A DNA stretch of 64,000 bases from a bacterium (GCA_017396695.1 JAFQLC010000002.1:8534-72533); one strand, 5' to 3'; shown: positions 1-9,441, counted from the first letter of the stretch. The notes: generated by a model from the letters alone, not told the origin. Program-made: numbers and translations.

Positions 1-473
1 TGAATATAATTTGCGGAGACAGTTCTTCTGAAGATATTAAACTTCGCATTCAAGACAGACTTAAAATTATGGGTCGTGATTTTGCGCAATTTCTTGTGCT
101 TCATCCGCCATATGACGATATTATTAAATTCAGTGAAAATGCTCGTGATCTTTCAAATTGCGAAAGCACAGAAGAATTTTATGATATGTTCTCACTTGTT
201 GCAAAAAATGGTTATGAAATGCTTGAAAAAGGGCGCTTTGCGGCTCTTATTATTGGAGATAAATATAGCAATTCTAAATTTGTTCCACTTGGCTTTGAAT
301 GTATGAAAAGAATGGAAGAGGCTGGATTTATCTGTAAAGCAACCATTGTTAAAAACATAACAGGTAACGAAAAAGCAAAAGGCAAAACTGCTAATTTATG
401 GCGTTATCGTGCTCTTGCTGGTGGTTTTTATATTTTTGAACATGAATATATTATGATTTTCCAAAAGGTTTAG
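1..473 (+). CDS. SAM-dependent methyltransferase with xPPY catalytic motif (N6-adenine/N4-cytosine type), 5'-truncated by the window edge
   Basis: The frame is open from nt 3 (NIICGDSSSEDIKLRIQDRLKI precedes the listed Met). Motif LHPPY is followed by ALIIGD and FEHEYIMIFQK segments, resembling amino-methyltransferase motifs IV-VIII. Stop at 471-473. Confidence 0.6.
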   Translation, partial: NIICGDSSSEDIKLRIQDRLKIMGRDFAQFLVLHPPYDDIIKFSENARDLSNCESTEEFYDMFSLVAKNGYEMLEKGRFAALIIGDKYSNSKFVPLGFECMKRMEEAGFICKATIVKNITGNEKAKGKTANLWRYRALAGGFYIFEHEYIMIFQKV

Positions 474-476
474 TAT

Positions 477-1217
477 ATGATTAGCGGAAATCGAGTTTCA
501 ATTATTATTCCAGCCCGCTATGGCTCAACTAGGCTTCCTGCAAAACCTTTGCTTGAAGTTGCGGGTAAACCTATAATCCAATGGGTTTGGGAAAAAGCGA
601 AAAAGTCAAAATATGCAGATGATGTAATTATTGCAGTTGATGATGTGCGCATACAGGATGTATGTAAAAATTTTGGTGCTGAAGTTGAAATGACGGATGT
701 GAATCATAATTGCGGGTCAAATAGAATTGCGGAAGTTGCTGCGCGTCACATTAATTTTGAATATATAATTAACCTTCAAGGTGACGAGCCTATGATTGAG
801 CCTGAAATTATAGATAAATTAGTTGAGGCGCTTGATGACCCTGATGTTTCAATGTCAACGTTAGTTCGAGAAATAACAACTGAGGCTGCGCAAAATCCAA
901 ATTGCGTTAAATGTGTTTTTGATGATAATTTAAACGCACTATATTTTTCTCGCTCACCTATTCCATACCCTAGAAACCCAGTGTGTGCAAAGTATTTTGG
1001 GCATATTGGAATGTATGGGTATAAAAAAGAAACATTAATCAAAATGGTGGAAGCTCCTCAAAACATTCTTGAACTTGCTGAAAGCCTTGAGCAATTAAGA
1101 GTTCTTGGAATGGGCGAGAAAATAAAAGTGGCGCTAGTTGAGCTTAATCCAATTGGAATTGATACTCAAGAAGATTATGAAAAATTTAAATCTTTAATCG
1201 AGAGCAATTTGGTTTAA
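477..1217 (+). CDS. kdsB: 3-deoxy-manno-octulosonate cytidylyltransferase (CMP-KDO synthetase)
   Basis: N-terminal IIPARYGSTRLPAKPL, LQGDEP and the C-terminal IGIDTQEDY motif are typical of KdsB. Length 246 aa. Confidence 0.9.
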   Translation: MISGNRVSIIIPARYGSTRLPAKPLLEVAGKPIIQWVWEKAKKSKYADDVIIAVDDVRIQDVCKNFGAEVEMTDVNHNCGSNRIAEVAARHINFEYIINLQGDEPMIEPEIIDKLVEALDDPDVSMSTLVREITTEAAQNPNCVKCVFDDNLNALYFSRSPIPYPRNPVCAKYFGHIGMYGYKKETLIKMVEAPQNILELAESLEQLRVLGMGEKIKVALVELNPIGIDTQEDYEKFKSLIESNLV

Positions 1218-2074
1218 TTTATAAGAATTATAATTGCGCCTATAATCATTAATATTGTGCCAATTAGCTTTTGTTTTATATTTCTTTCTTTAAAAAATAC
1301 TATTCCAAAAATTAAAGAAACGATTGAGGAAAGCTGAAACAAGGCAAGCGCAAGCGATACTTCAATTTTTTCAAAAACAAAGTTTGTTGAAATTTGCATT
1401 ATAGAAAGCATTATGGGAATTATGATTAATTGCGCTAAGTTTTTTGGCGCAAGAGTGTTTTTAAATTTGATTTTTTCTCCAGTAAACAAGAATAAAAAAG
1501 TGAATATGGCGCCAGAGAATGCCCATAAAATAAAAGATTCCATTGGGCTTGATATAATTATTATCTTTTTTAATAACGAGGCTTCTATGCCTGTTAGAAT
1601 GAGTGCATAAATTCTAAGCCTAAAGTATTCTTCTTTGAATAACAGAAATGAAAATCCGCTTTTTGTTTCTTTGAATAATTCTCTACTTCCCCAAACGATG
1701 AGTGCAAGCCCAATAATTGAAGCGATGCTTGGGGTTTCGCCAAGTATAAAAAAGCCACTAACAAGCCCAATTACGCATTTATATGAATTAATTGGCGCAA
1801 CGATTGAAAGCTCGCCAAGAGATAATGCTTTTATCAGACAATTTGTTCCAAGAGCACAGAGAAAGCCTGCGAGTGCTACATATATCCAAAATTCAAGATG
1901 ATATTGTGCCCAGTTTATCTTGATTGCAAAAGGAATTGTTCCAAGTGCCATTATTAAATATGATAAAAAGTTTATTGAGCGAGCAGGGAGACTCCCTGCG
2001 AGCGCTTTTTGAGAAGCATTTGCAATCGGGTTTGATATTATTCTTAAAAATATTGCGATTAAAGTTCCAAACAT
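1214..2074 (-). CDS. EamA/DMT-family integral membrane transporter
   Basis: 286 aa, about 10 hydrophobic helices in two similar halves, typical of the drug/metabolite transporter fold. Converges on kdsB with a 4-nt overlap. Confidence 0.65.
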   Translation of the reverse strand: MFGTLIAIFLRIISNPIANASQKALAGSLPARSINFLSYLIMALGTIPFAIKINWAQYHLEFWIYVALAGFLCALGTNCLIKALSLGELSIVAPINSYKCVIGLVSGFFILGETPSIASIIGLALIVWGSRELFKETKSGFSFLLFKEEYFRLRIYALILTGIEASLLKKIIIISSPMESFILWAFSGAIFTFLFLFTGEKIKFKNTLAPKNLAQLIIIPIMLSIMQISTNFVFEKIEVSLALALFQLSSIVSLIFGIVFFKERNIKQKLIGTILMIIGAIIILIN

Positions 2075-2115
2075 AATTTAATTTTATGATAAAAATTTTA
2101 ATCCAAATTCAGGAA

Positions 2116-3279
2116 TTATTTATTTTTCTTATTTTCTTTTTCCATTAGTTCTCTGACTGTTATATTGTCGAGCCAATCTTTATAAGTTACGGCATAAGTT
2201 CCTGCGATTGGGTCAAAATAAATAACATGAGGAATTGAAAGCAATCCGATTGGGAAGCTAAGGAATTTATCGCCCGCAACAAGAGTTTGTTTTATAATTG
2301 GTGCGTGGGTTATTCTTTCCATTTTGCTTTTGGATAGTTTTTTATATAATTTTTTATATTTTTTCTCTGGTGTTGATTTTTTGTTTTTTAAAATGCTTTT
2401 TGTTATTTTGTATTTGTTTCTGTAATCGAGTTCTCTTGGTGTAGAATCAATATTAAATCTGATTTGCCTATCGTATATTAACTCAATGTGTTTTAGATTG
2501 ATTATGCTTGAGATTTGCCCATCTGAAAAACCGGCCTCTTTCATTAATAAAAATGATTTAAAATTATCTTCAAAATTTTTATAGTCATATTTGTAGATGA
2601 CATTTCTATAATCTGAAGGGATTTTGTAGAGTTTTGCGTATTCTTTGTAAGTGCCGTCTTTTAAGCCTTTTGTTACAAGTTCAATGTTCTTTTGATATAA
2701 GTTTGTGTCTTTGTAATATAGATTAAACAAACTTTCTCGAGGAAAATCTTTATCTTCCATGGCGTCAAGAATTGTATTGTAAAATTCAAAATTTTCACTG
2801 TTTGCAGTCTCTAACATTCCTGTGAGCCCGTGCCATAGCATTGTTTTATCGAAATCTTCATCAACAAAAATATCATTCATTTTTTGGAGAAGTGCATATT
2901 GATAATCATAAGTTTCTTCTTTTAGGCGAATGTTATAGCGATTCAGATCTGCTCGTTTTCCGTAAATTAGTTTAATTACAGGGGTTTTTATGTAATTTTC
3001 GGCTTTTTCTTTATTGTTTTTGATAAATTCTTTATGTATTTCTTCCTCTTTTTCGCTCAAATATGAATATAATCTTGAGCCTGATGAGTCCAAGCTGGTC
3101 AGAACATTTATAAATGGCATAAGGGCAAAAGGTGTGGTTGATGCCATTGTTCCGATAAGCTCGGGCGTATATTTTATTCTTGTGCCAAGTGAGGCTTTTG
3201 GCTTTTTAGCAAATGCAGGCGCTAAGTTACTGAGAAAAATGCAGATTATAAGAATTTTGCATATAAGATATTTGCTCAT
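2116..3279 (-). CDS. hypothetical secreted protein (Lys/Tyr/Asn-rich)
   Basis: The listed ORF (to 3429) runs into the tRNA gene. The internal Met at 3279 gives a clear signal peptide, MSKYLICKILIICIFLSNLAPAFA. I recognise no domain. Confidence 0.6.
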   Translation of the reverse strand: MSKYLICKILIICIFLSNLAPAFAKKPKASLGTRIKYTPELIGTMASTTPFALMPFINVLTSLDSSGSRLYSYLSEKEEEIHKEFIKNNKEKAENYIKTPVIKLIYGKRADLNRYNIRLKEETYDYQYALLQKMNDIFVDEDFDKTMLWHGLTGMLETANSENFEFYNTILDAMEDKDFPRESLFNLYYKDTNLYQKNIELVTKGLKDGTYKEYAKLYKIPSDYRNVIYKYDYKNFEDNFKSFLLMKEAGFSDGQISSIINLKHIELIYDRQIRFNIDSTPRELDYRNKYKITKSILKNKKSTPEKKYKKLYKKLSKSKMERITHAPIIKQTLVAGDKFLSFPIGLLSIPHVIYFDPIAGTYAVTYKDWLDNITVRELMEKENKKNK

Positions 3280-3358
3280 TCTATGATTATATGGTTTTTT
3301 TGAGAATTGGCAAGGTTTTCGAAATTGGTTTAAAATGGTGATTTTCAAGTTTTTTGCA

Positions 3359-3385
3359 TTAAAAAAGACCGCTAATTGCGGTCTT
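3359..3385 (-). terminator. Rho-independent terminator downstream of tRNA-Ile
   Basis: On the minus strand: AAGACCGC-aatta-GCGGTCTT followed by a T-run, immediately 3' of the tRNA. Confidence 0.7.
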
Positions 3386-3393
3386 TGTTTAAA

Positions 3394-3470
3394 TGGTGGG
3401 CCATCTTGGACTCGAACCAAGGACCTCACCCTTATCAGGGGTGCGCTCTAGCCACCTGAGCTAATAGCCC
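3394..3470 (-). tRNA. trnI: tRNA-Ile (anticodon GAU), CCA encoded
   Basis: The reverse complement reads GGGCTATTAGCTCAGGTGGCTAGAGCGCACCCCTGATAAGGGTGAGGTCCTTGGTTCGAGTCCAAGATGGCCCACCA. It folds as a cloverleaf with acceptor GGGCTAT/ATGGCCC, anticodon stem CACCC/GGGTG, loop CTGATAA, and T-arm CTTGG-TTCGAGT-CCAAG. Confidence 0.93.
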
Positions 3471-3517
3471 TTATCACCAATTCGTTATATTATTAAATTT
3501 TCAAATTTTTGTCTTTG

Positions 3518-3599
3518 ACCCTTATCAGGCCTCTCAGAAAATGCTCAATGGTTCGCATTTTCTTCGGCAGAGTGCTCTAGCCACCTGAGCTAATAGCCC
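3518..3599 (-). pseudogene. truncated tRNA-Ile-like 5' half (acceptor 5' strand + D-arm + anticodon-loop remnant) interrupted by a ~42-nt hairpin; no T-arm or 3' acceptor strand
   Basis: The reverse complement GGGCTATTAGCTCAGGTGGCTAGAGCAC is identical to tRNA positions 1-26. Next comes the insert TCTGCCGAAGAAAATGCGAACCATTGAGCATTTTCTGAGAGG, which contains a GAAAATGC/GCATTTTC stem. After it, CCTGATAAGGGT matches the anticodon loop and 3' stem. Homology ends there. Confidence 0.6.
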
Positions 3600-3649
3600 T
3601 TACCGAATATTATTAGACTACAAACAAAAATATTTTGCAAATAGTTTTT

Positions 3650-4192
3650 TTAAAATTTTATATTTCCTTCTCGAAGCACCTTGAAACCCTTATCTTGTGC
3701 AAGAATTACAGTTGAAGGTGTTTCTGAATTTTTGCCTAAAATTGTATTTTTGATGATTTCTACATGACTTGAAAATTTTTCTTCGACCTCTTTTGAATTT
3801 TTACATGGTGTTTCATTTGAGAGGTTTGCCGAAGTTGTTGCAAGAACTAGATTATTTTCTCTACAGAAGTCTTGAAAACCGCTGTGGTCTGGAATTCTTA
3901 TCCCAACTGTATCAAATTCTGGGTTTAAATATTTTGGGAAATTTTCATTTTTTTTCACAATTATTGTAAGCGCCCCAGGAAGATATTTATCTGCAACTTC
4001 TTTGATTTCCGTATTAAGTGGTTGAATATATTGCAAGATTGCGCTAAGTGAATAGCTCATCAAAATTAAAGGCTTTGTGCTTTCTCTGTGTTTTAGTTCG
4101 TATATTTTTTTAATTGCATATTCAGAGTTTATATCTGCGCCAAGCCCCCAAACAGTGTCTGTTTCAAAAGCGTAAACATCCGTTTTTATCAT
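3650..4192 (-). CDS. tsaC: L-threonylcarbamoyladenylate synthase, YrdC/TsaC type
   Basis: 180 aa. VYAFETDTVWGLGAD, KPLILM and TSAN motifs match the YrdC/Sua5 domain. Overlaps the murJ stop by 4 nt. Confidence 0.8.
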   Translation of the reverse strand: MIKTDVYAFETDTVWGLGADINSEYAIKKIYELKHRESTKPLILMSYSLSAILQYIQPLNTEIKEVADKYLPGALTIIVKKNENFPKYLNPEFDTVGIRIPDHSGFQDFCRENNLVLATTSANLSNETPCKNSKEVEEKFSSHVEIIKNTILGKNSETPSTVILAQDKGFKVLREGNIKF

Positions 4193-5766
4193 TTTATAAA
4201 TCTACCTTTAATTTTCTCGATTGCGATGCTTGCATATTCAATTTTGAATAGTTGCGATAGTGACATATAAATAACTCCAACAACACTGGTTGTAATGACC
4301 ACCCTTAATGTTGTGTGCAGTATATTTCCTTCAATAAATTTGCATATAAATTCGTGGAAATAGAAACCGATAATTGTGCTTGCTATTCCAATTAATATCA
4401 TTTTTGCAAGGTCTTTAAACATTGGCATAAATTTATATTCCATTTTGGATTTAATGAAGCTGCCTAAAATTATTGCGTTAATTAATGTGATGATAACTGT
4501 TGACATTGAAATGCCATATATTCCATATTCTTTAACTAAAATTGAGTTGAAGAATATCTTAAGGAAAATTGCAAGAAGCGCTGTTATAAAAGGTATTTTA
4601 GAATCGTTGAAAGCATATAATAGCCTTGTTGCGCTATCTCTAAACACATATGGAAGAAGCGAGAAGGTGATGACTAGTAATATGTTCGCAACTTGAATTG
4701 TTGATTCATGGGTAAATGCGCCACGTTCTAGTGCTATTGCAATTGCATCGAATCTCACAATTGAGATTGTTGCTATAAAATAACACGCAATGAAAAACAA
4801 TGAACCGACGCCTTTTGTAAAATATTCAGCTGTTTCTGTGTATTTTTTTTCGCCAACAAGTTTTGAAAAAAGTGGAAACAATGGAACAAGAATCGCAGTT
4901 AATAAAAGTCCAGTTGGGAATTGGAAAATTCTATTAGCGTATCCAAGTGACGTCCAAGCACCTTCTTCTAGACCTGATGAGAAAAACATGTCGATATATA
5001 ACCCGAATTGTCCTATCGTTGAGCTTAAAAATGCGGGCAAAAGCAATTCTGTTATTTCTTTAAAATTTGCGTCTTTTAGCTTTGACAACGTAAATGTGAA
5101 ACCGTACCCCAGTTTTCTAACGGCTGGCGTTTGAACAATAAATTGTATAATTCCGCCAATCAATGTGCCGAGTGCTAAATGAATTCCATTTGTATCGTTT
5201 TTGAATATTATAAGTATGGCAATAATTCCAATTGACACAAATGAAGGGGAAATGTTTGGAAGAAGATAGTGCTTGTATGTGACTAAAATTCCATAGTAAA
5301 TTCCCATCATTGCGCCAAGAAGTACAAGTGGCGACATAATTTTCAAGTGAGTTGATGCAATTTGCACAAGTTCATCTGAACCAGATGATATGACAAAATT
5401 CATAATTTTATCTGGGAATATAAAACAAAGAATTGCAAGAAGTGCAAAAATTGCAAACGTAACCGTTTCAAATGTGTTAAATAATTTTTTTACGTAGTCC
5501 GTTGGTTTTGATGTGTAATCTGGAATTAATTTTGAAAAAATGGCAACTGTTGCACTGTGGAAGGGACCCCCTACTCCGCCTAGAATTACAATTAGCAAGG
5601 CTGGGATTTGATAAGCGTAAAAATATGCGTCTGATACAATTCCTGTGCCGTAATAGTTTGCAATTACTACGTCTCTTAAGAAGCCTATTACTTTAGAGAA
5701 CAGAATAATGACCGCAATCCAAGTTGCTGCTTTGAATATACCTTGATTTTTTGTGCCTTCTTCCAT
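4189..5766 (-). CDS. murJ: lipid II flippase MurJ (MviN)
   Basis: 525 aa polytopic protein. The N-terminus SKVIGFLRDVVIANYYGTGIVSDAYFYAYQIP is characteristic of MurJ. Confidence 0.88.
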   Translation of the reverse strand: MEEGTKNQGIFKAATWIAVIILFSKVIGFLRDVVIANYYGTGIVSDAYFYAYQIPALLIVILGGVGGPFHSATVAIFSKLIPDYTSKPTDYVKKLFNTFETVTFAIFALLAILCFIFPDKIMNFVISSGSDELVQIASTHLKIMSPLVLLGAMMGIYYGILVTYKHYLLPNISPSFVSIGIIAILIIFKNDTNGIHLALGTLIGGIIQFIVQTPAVRKLGYGFTFTLSKLKDANFKEITELLLPAFLSSTIGQFGLYIDMFFSSGLEEGAWTSLGYANRIFQFPTGLLLTAILVPLFPLFSKLVGEKKYTETAEYFTKGVGSLFFIACYFIATISIVRFDAIAIALERGAFTHESTIQVANILLVITFSLLPYVFRDSATRLLYAFNDSKIPFITALLAIFLKIFFNSILVKEYGIYGISMSTVIITLINAIILGSFIKSKMEYKFMPMFKDLAKMILIGIASTIIGFYFHEFICKFIEGNILHTTLRVVITTSVVGVIYMSLSQLFKIEYASIAIEKIKGRFIK

Positions 5767-7538
5767 TACTCCTCAATTTCTATCCAAAAAGTTGGTTTTT
5801 TACTGTAGTCTGATTTATCTAGTGGCTGAATTATGATTTTGTTGTCGCCTTCTGTTAAATATTTAGTTATATCAAACCATAAAATTTTACTATGATATTG
5901 GCTCATATCTGGATTGAATAGAAAATTGTTTATTGTGAACGCAAAGAGTGAAAGTTTTTTCGTGTTATCAAATTTAAATAAAACTTTTTCATTCTTATTC
6001 CAGTAAAAATCAAGCGATGCTTCTTTGTTTTCTTCAACAATTTGAGGAATTGAACCAATTTTTATGCCTGTATAATAATGTTTTAGAATCTCATCGAAGG
6101 TTTTACCTTTTTTCGCTAGGTAATTTGCACCATATTGACTCATACCAACGCCATGCCCAAAACCGCCACCATAAACTTTAAAGCTTACTTTTTTGCATTT
6201 GCCCTTGCCAAATAACTTGCCCGTTTTTTCAAAATGCACTTCGGTTATTTCGCTTGTTGCAGTCGTTTCTTGAGGGGTTGTTTCTGCGGTATTTTCTTGG
6301 TTTGTTAGGTCTTGTGCCGTTGTTTTTAATTTTTCTTGTTCTTTTTCTTTTTCGAGTTTTTTAATTGAAACTTTTTTTGTTATTTTTTCAATATAGAAAT
6401 TAGAAGAAGGCAGTGCTTTGTCATTTTTTCTAAGAAGCAGACGAATTGCAGATTGCCCTTTGACTTTAAAATCTCCAATGTCTGTTTTGATTAGCATTAC
6501 AAGAGCTTTTCCGCTATCTCCGTATCTTAAAATTTTAATGTCTTCAATTTTTTCTATTATTTCATCTTCTGGAAAACTTGGTTCGATTAATTTTTTTGCG
6601 GATTGGTTTGGCATGTATTTATTAAGCACGCTAACAAGTTCTTCTTCTTCCCATTCGTATTCCCATCTGTATTTAGGGGAATCAACATCTGGTGTTTCTG
6701 GTTTTGATGTGTAAAATTCTTTTACATCTTTTTCTGAACGCAATTTTTCGCCAACCGAGACTAAATACGGATATTTTTCTTTTGGCGTAAAAGTTTCATT
6801 GTTTACCAAGAAAGTGTTGTCATAGCTTTCTGTAATTCCGCCTGCTGTGGAGTGATATAGCGTTAAAATTGGTTTTTTTTCATATAATGCATAAATTGAT
6901 TTTGTTTCGTTAACCGCTTTGTCTGTTGTTGGGTTGTGTGTTCCTACTCCAAAATATACTTGTGATGCAACAGAGTCGCAAACATCGTAGTTTGGATTCA
7001 TTCTGCCTTCTTTGTTTGCATAGTTTCTTGCGGCAACTGCCTGCGCTTTGAGTGCTTCAAATGAAAAATATGGTGGCATTTCGTTTGGAACAACCCCCCT
7101 TAAGTATGATTCCATATCAAGCACATTGATTACATTGAACCCTGTGCCTTTTGTGCTTATTTTTATTTCAAATTGACCTAGATACTCAGCTTGTTTGCCT
7201 TTTCTTTTAAGGTTTTTTATTGCAATCGGCGAATTTGAAGTTAAAACAAAGGGGCCTGCGGAATCTTCAATTTTATTGGTAATTCCTGATTTTGCTTGCA
7301 AAAGCCCATTTTCAAAAGTTATTTTGAGAATATCTTTTGAATTAATTGTAATGCTTTTATTTGATGACATGTCAGTTAGAAGAATTGGTGTTGATGAATA
7401 AAATTCTTGTTCTGTGTGGCTATAAACAGAAAAATCTTGATTAGATATTGCAACTGATACCACACGTCTTTCTTCAACAGAATATGTCGGCAATATAAGC
7501 GAACAAAATAATAATGTGCTTAAAAATAACTTCCTCAT
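5766..7538 (-). CDS. spoIID: SpoIID/LytB-domain protein (lytic transglycosylase/amidase enhancer family)
   Basis: Motifs YLRGVVPNEMP, EALKAQAVAARNYA, CDSVASQVY, HSTAGGITE and GHGVGMSQYGA. The start is moved to the Met at 7538, which gives the signal peptide MRKLFLSTLLFCSLILPTYS; the upstream extension would invade the divergent promoter. Confidence 0.85.
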   Translation of the reverse strand: MRKLFLSTLLFCSLILPTYSVEERRVVSVAISNQDFSVYSHTEQEFYSSTPILLTDMSSNKSITINSKDILKITFENGLLQAKSGITNKIEDSAGPFVLTSNSPIAIKNLKRKGKQAEYLGQFEIKISTKGTGFNVINVLDMESYLRGVVPNEMPPYFSFEALKAQAVAARNYANKEGRMNPNYDVCDSVASQVYFGVGTHNPTTDKAVNETKSIYALYEKKPILTLYHSTAGGITESYDNTFLVNNETFTPKEKYPYLVSVGEKLRSEKDVKEFYTSKPETPDVDSPKYRWEYEWEEEELVSVLNKYMPNQSAKKLIEPSFPEDEIIEKIEDIKILRYGDSGKALVMLIKTDIGDFKVKGQSAIRLLLRKNDKALPSSNFYIEKITKKVSIKKLEKEKEQEKLKTTAQDLTNQENTAETTPQETTATSEITEVHFEKTGKLFGKGKCKKVSFKVYGGGFGHGVGMSQYGANYLAKKGKTFDEILKHYYTGIKIGSIPQIVEENKEASLDFYWNKNEKVLFKFDNTKKLSLFAFTINNFLFNPDMSQYHSKILWFDITKYLTEGDNKIIIQPLDKSDYSKKPTFWIEIEE

Positions 7539-7613
7539 AGAAAAAATTTTATAACAATATGACAAACAAAGCAATTTATTGTAAACTAGGGGTAAGTTTA
7601 TTAAGGAGTTATC

Positions 7614-8972
7614 ATGCAAGAAGAATTAAAGAAATTTAGTGTTGCGCAATTGTTTAACTTTTGCATAGGCTTTTTTGGTTTGCAATTTGCGTGGCAGATG
7701 AGAATTATTCTATCTGGCCCTGTTACTGAATCATTAGGTGCTTCGCCTTTGATTTTTGGTTTGATTTGGTTGGCAGGTCCAATTTCAGGTATTATTGTGC
7801 AACCAATTATTGGTGCATTATCTGACACAACTCAAACAAAATTCGGAAGAAGAGTTCCGTATTTATTGTTAGGTGCTTTGTTTGGTTCTTTAGGTTTAAT
7901 TTTGCTTCCGCATTCAGGCTATTTTGCTTCATTATTTGGAGAAAGCGCACCAGCTTTACTCGGACTTTGCATTGCAGCTGTTATGATATGGCTTATTGAC
8001 GCTTGTGTTAATGCGGCTCAAGGACCTTATAGGGCTTTAATTCCAGACAATATTCCAAAATCTCAACATGCTGAAGCTAATTCATATTTAAGCTTTGCAA
8101 TTGGGCTTGGTTCGGTTGTTGCGGCTGGAACTGCACCATTTTTGAAATATGTATTTAATTTCCAAATGTCTGTTTCTGCTCAATTTTTGATGGCAGGTAT
8201 TGCTTTTATGCTTGGCATGCTTTGGACTTGCATTACTATTCGTGAAAGACAAATCAAACAAGAGGAGCTTGAAGTTACAGGCGAGGTTGCAAATACTACA
8301 TTTGCTCAAAAAATTAAAGAATTTTTTGCGATTTCTCCTGAAGTTACAAAAATTTGCGCAATGCAATTCTTTACTTGGATTGGGCTTATGAGCCTTATGA
8401 TTTTCTTTACGCAATTCGTTGTTCATATTTTATATCAAGTTCCAGATTTAACTTTATTGGATGCGGCGCAAAAGGCTATTTTTGATGAAAAAAATGCACA
8501 AGGTCAAAACTTCTCTTCAATATGTTTTGCGGTTTTTAACTTGATTTGCTTTATTATTGCTCTTCCAATTGGATATTTTGCAACAAAATATGGCAATAAA
8601 ATTGTGCATTTTGTATCACTTCTTACAATGGCGGCTGCTTATCTTGTTATGGCAATGAGTGCTAATCCTATTGTTGTTATGGTTGCTATGGCGGTTGCTG
8701 GAATTGGCTGGGCAAGCACTTTGGCATTACCTTTTGCAATGTTATCTAATTATATTAAACCAGGGACTGAAGGTTCTGTTATGGGTATATTTAATATATT
8801 CATCGCTGCTCCACAAGTTCTTGTTTGCACATTGCTTGCTTGGTTTATTGATGCTTCTAAATTTACTCAAGGTGGATATCAAAACAATCATTGGGAATAT
8901 GCGTTCATCGTGGGTGCTATTATGCTTATAGTTTCTGCTATAATTTCAATAACAATTAAGGAGAATAAATAA
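7614..8972 (+). CDS. MFS transporter of the GPH/SLC45 sucrose-H+ symporter-like family
   Basis: 12-TM protein. The loop motif GPISGIIVQPIIGALSDTTQTKFGRRVPYLL matches the plant/cyanobacterial sucrose-transporter signature (GxxVQPxxGxxSDxxxxxxGRRxP). RBS is AAGGAG 7 nt upstream. Confidence 0.75.
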   Translation: MQEELKKFSVAQLFNFCIGFFGLQFAWQMRIILSGPVTESLGASPLIFGLIWLAGPISGIIVQPIIGALSDTTQTKFGRRVPYLLLGALFGSLGLILLPHSGYFASLFGESAPALLGLCIAAVMIWLIDACVNAAQGPYRALIPDNIPKSQHAEANSYLSFAIGLGSVVAAGTAPFLKYVFNFQMSVSAQFLMAGIAFMLGMLWTCITIRERQIKQEELEVTGEVANTTFAQKIKEFFAISPEVTKICAMQFFTWIGLMSLMIFFTQFVVHILYQVPDLTLLDAAQKAIFDEKNAQGQNFSSICFAVFNLICFIIALPIGYFATKYGNKIVHFVSLLTMAAAYLVMAMSANPIVVMVAMAVAGIGWASTLALPFAMLSNYIKPGTEGSVMGIFNIFIAAPQVLVCTLLAWFIDASKFTQGGYQNNHWEYAFIVGAIMLIVSAIISITIKENK

Positions 8973-9391
8973 TGAAAAAGTTTACAAGATTTATTAAATT
9001 TAATGGACTTTTTACTGCTTTAGCTGTTGCACTTGTTGCTGGATTATGTTTTATGGGTTTGAGAACTGATAACGACCCTATGACAATTTCAGGCATTGTT
9101 TGCGGAGTTATTTTAATTTTTATTATTGCGCTTCGTGAACCTGTTATGTATGCAGTTTATAAAATGCGTGTTAGAGATTTTGTTGAAGGTGTATCTCAAC
9201 CTTTCATTCGTGTTAATTCCGTTAACTGGAAAGTTCTTGAATTGATTCCAAATATTGATAAAATGTGTGCTAAACATATTGTTTACAACAGACGTCACCT
9301 TGGCAAATTCAAAACTGCCGAAGATTTCTTTGTTGTTAATCAAATTCCGGAAGATAAAAGAGAAGAAATTTCAAAATATATAATTATATAA
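8972..9391 (+). CDS. small membrane protein with a C-terminal ComEA-like helix-hairpin-helix region
   Basis: Two N-terminal TM helices. The C-terminal segment VNWKVLELIPNIDKMCAKHIVYNRRHLGKFKTAEDFFVVNQIPEDK follows the ComEA HhH pattern. Its start overlaps the upstream stop (TAATG), with AGGAG upstream. Confidence 0.55.
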   Translation: MKKFTRFIKFNGLFTALAVALVAGLCFMGLRTDNDPMTISGIVCGVILIFIIALREPVMYAVYKMRVRDFVEGVSQPFIRVNSVNWKVLELIPNIDKMCAKHIVYNRRHLGKFKTAEDFFVVNQIPEDKREEISKYIII

Positions 9392-9415
9392 AAAGATATT
9401 TATAAATTTTATTAA

Positions 9416-9441
9416 AACCGCATCTTGTGTGCGGTTTTTTT
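9416..9441 (+). terminator. Rho-independent terminator
   Basis: AACCGCA-tcttgtg-TGCGGTT followed by T7. Confidence 0.75.

Noticed and set aside
3280-3429. N-terminal 50 codons of the listed ORF 2116..3429 (MRSLVRVQDGPPFKQ...)
   Set aside because: This part lies on the same (minus) strand as the tRNA-Ile gene and its terminator and runs through both. The internal Met at 3279 gives a proper signal peptide, so the extension is an ORF-calling artefact.
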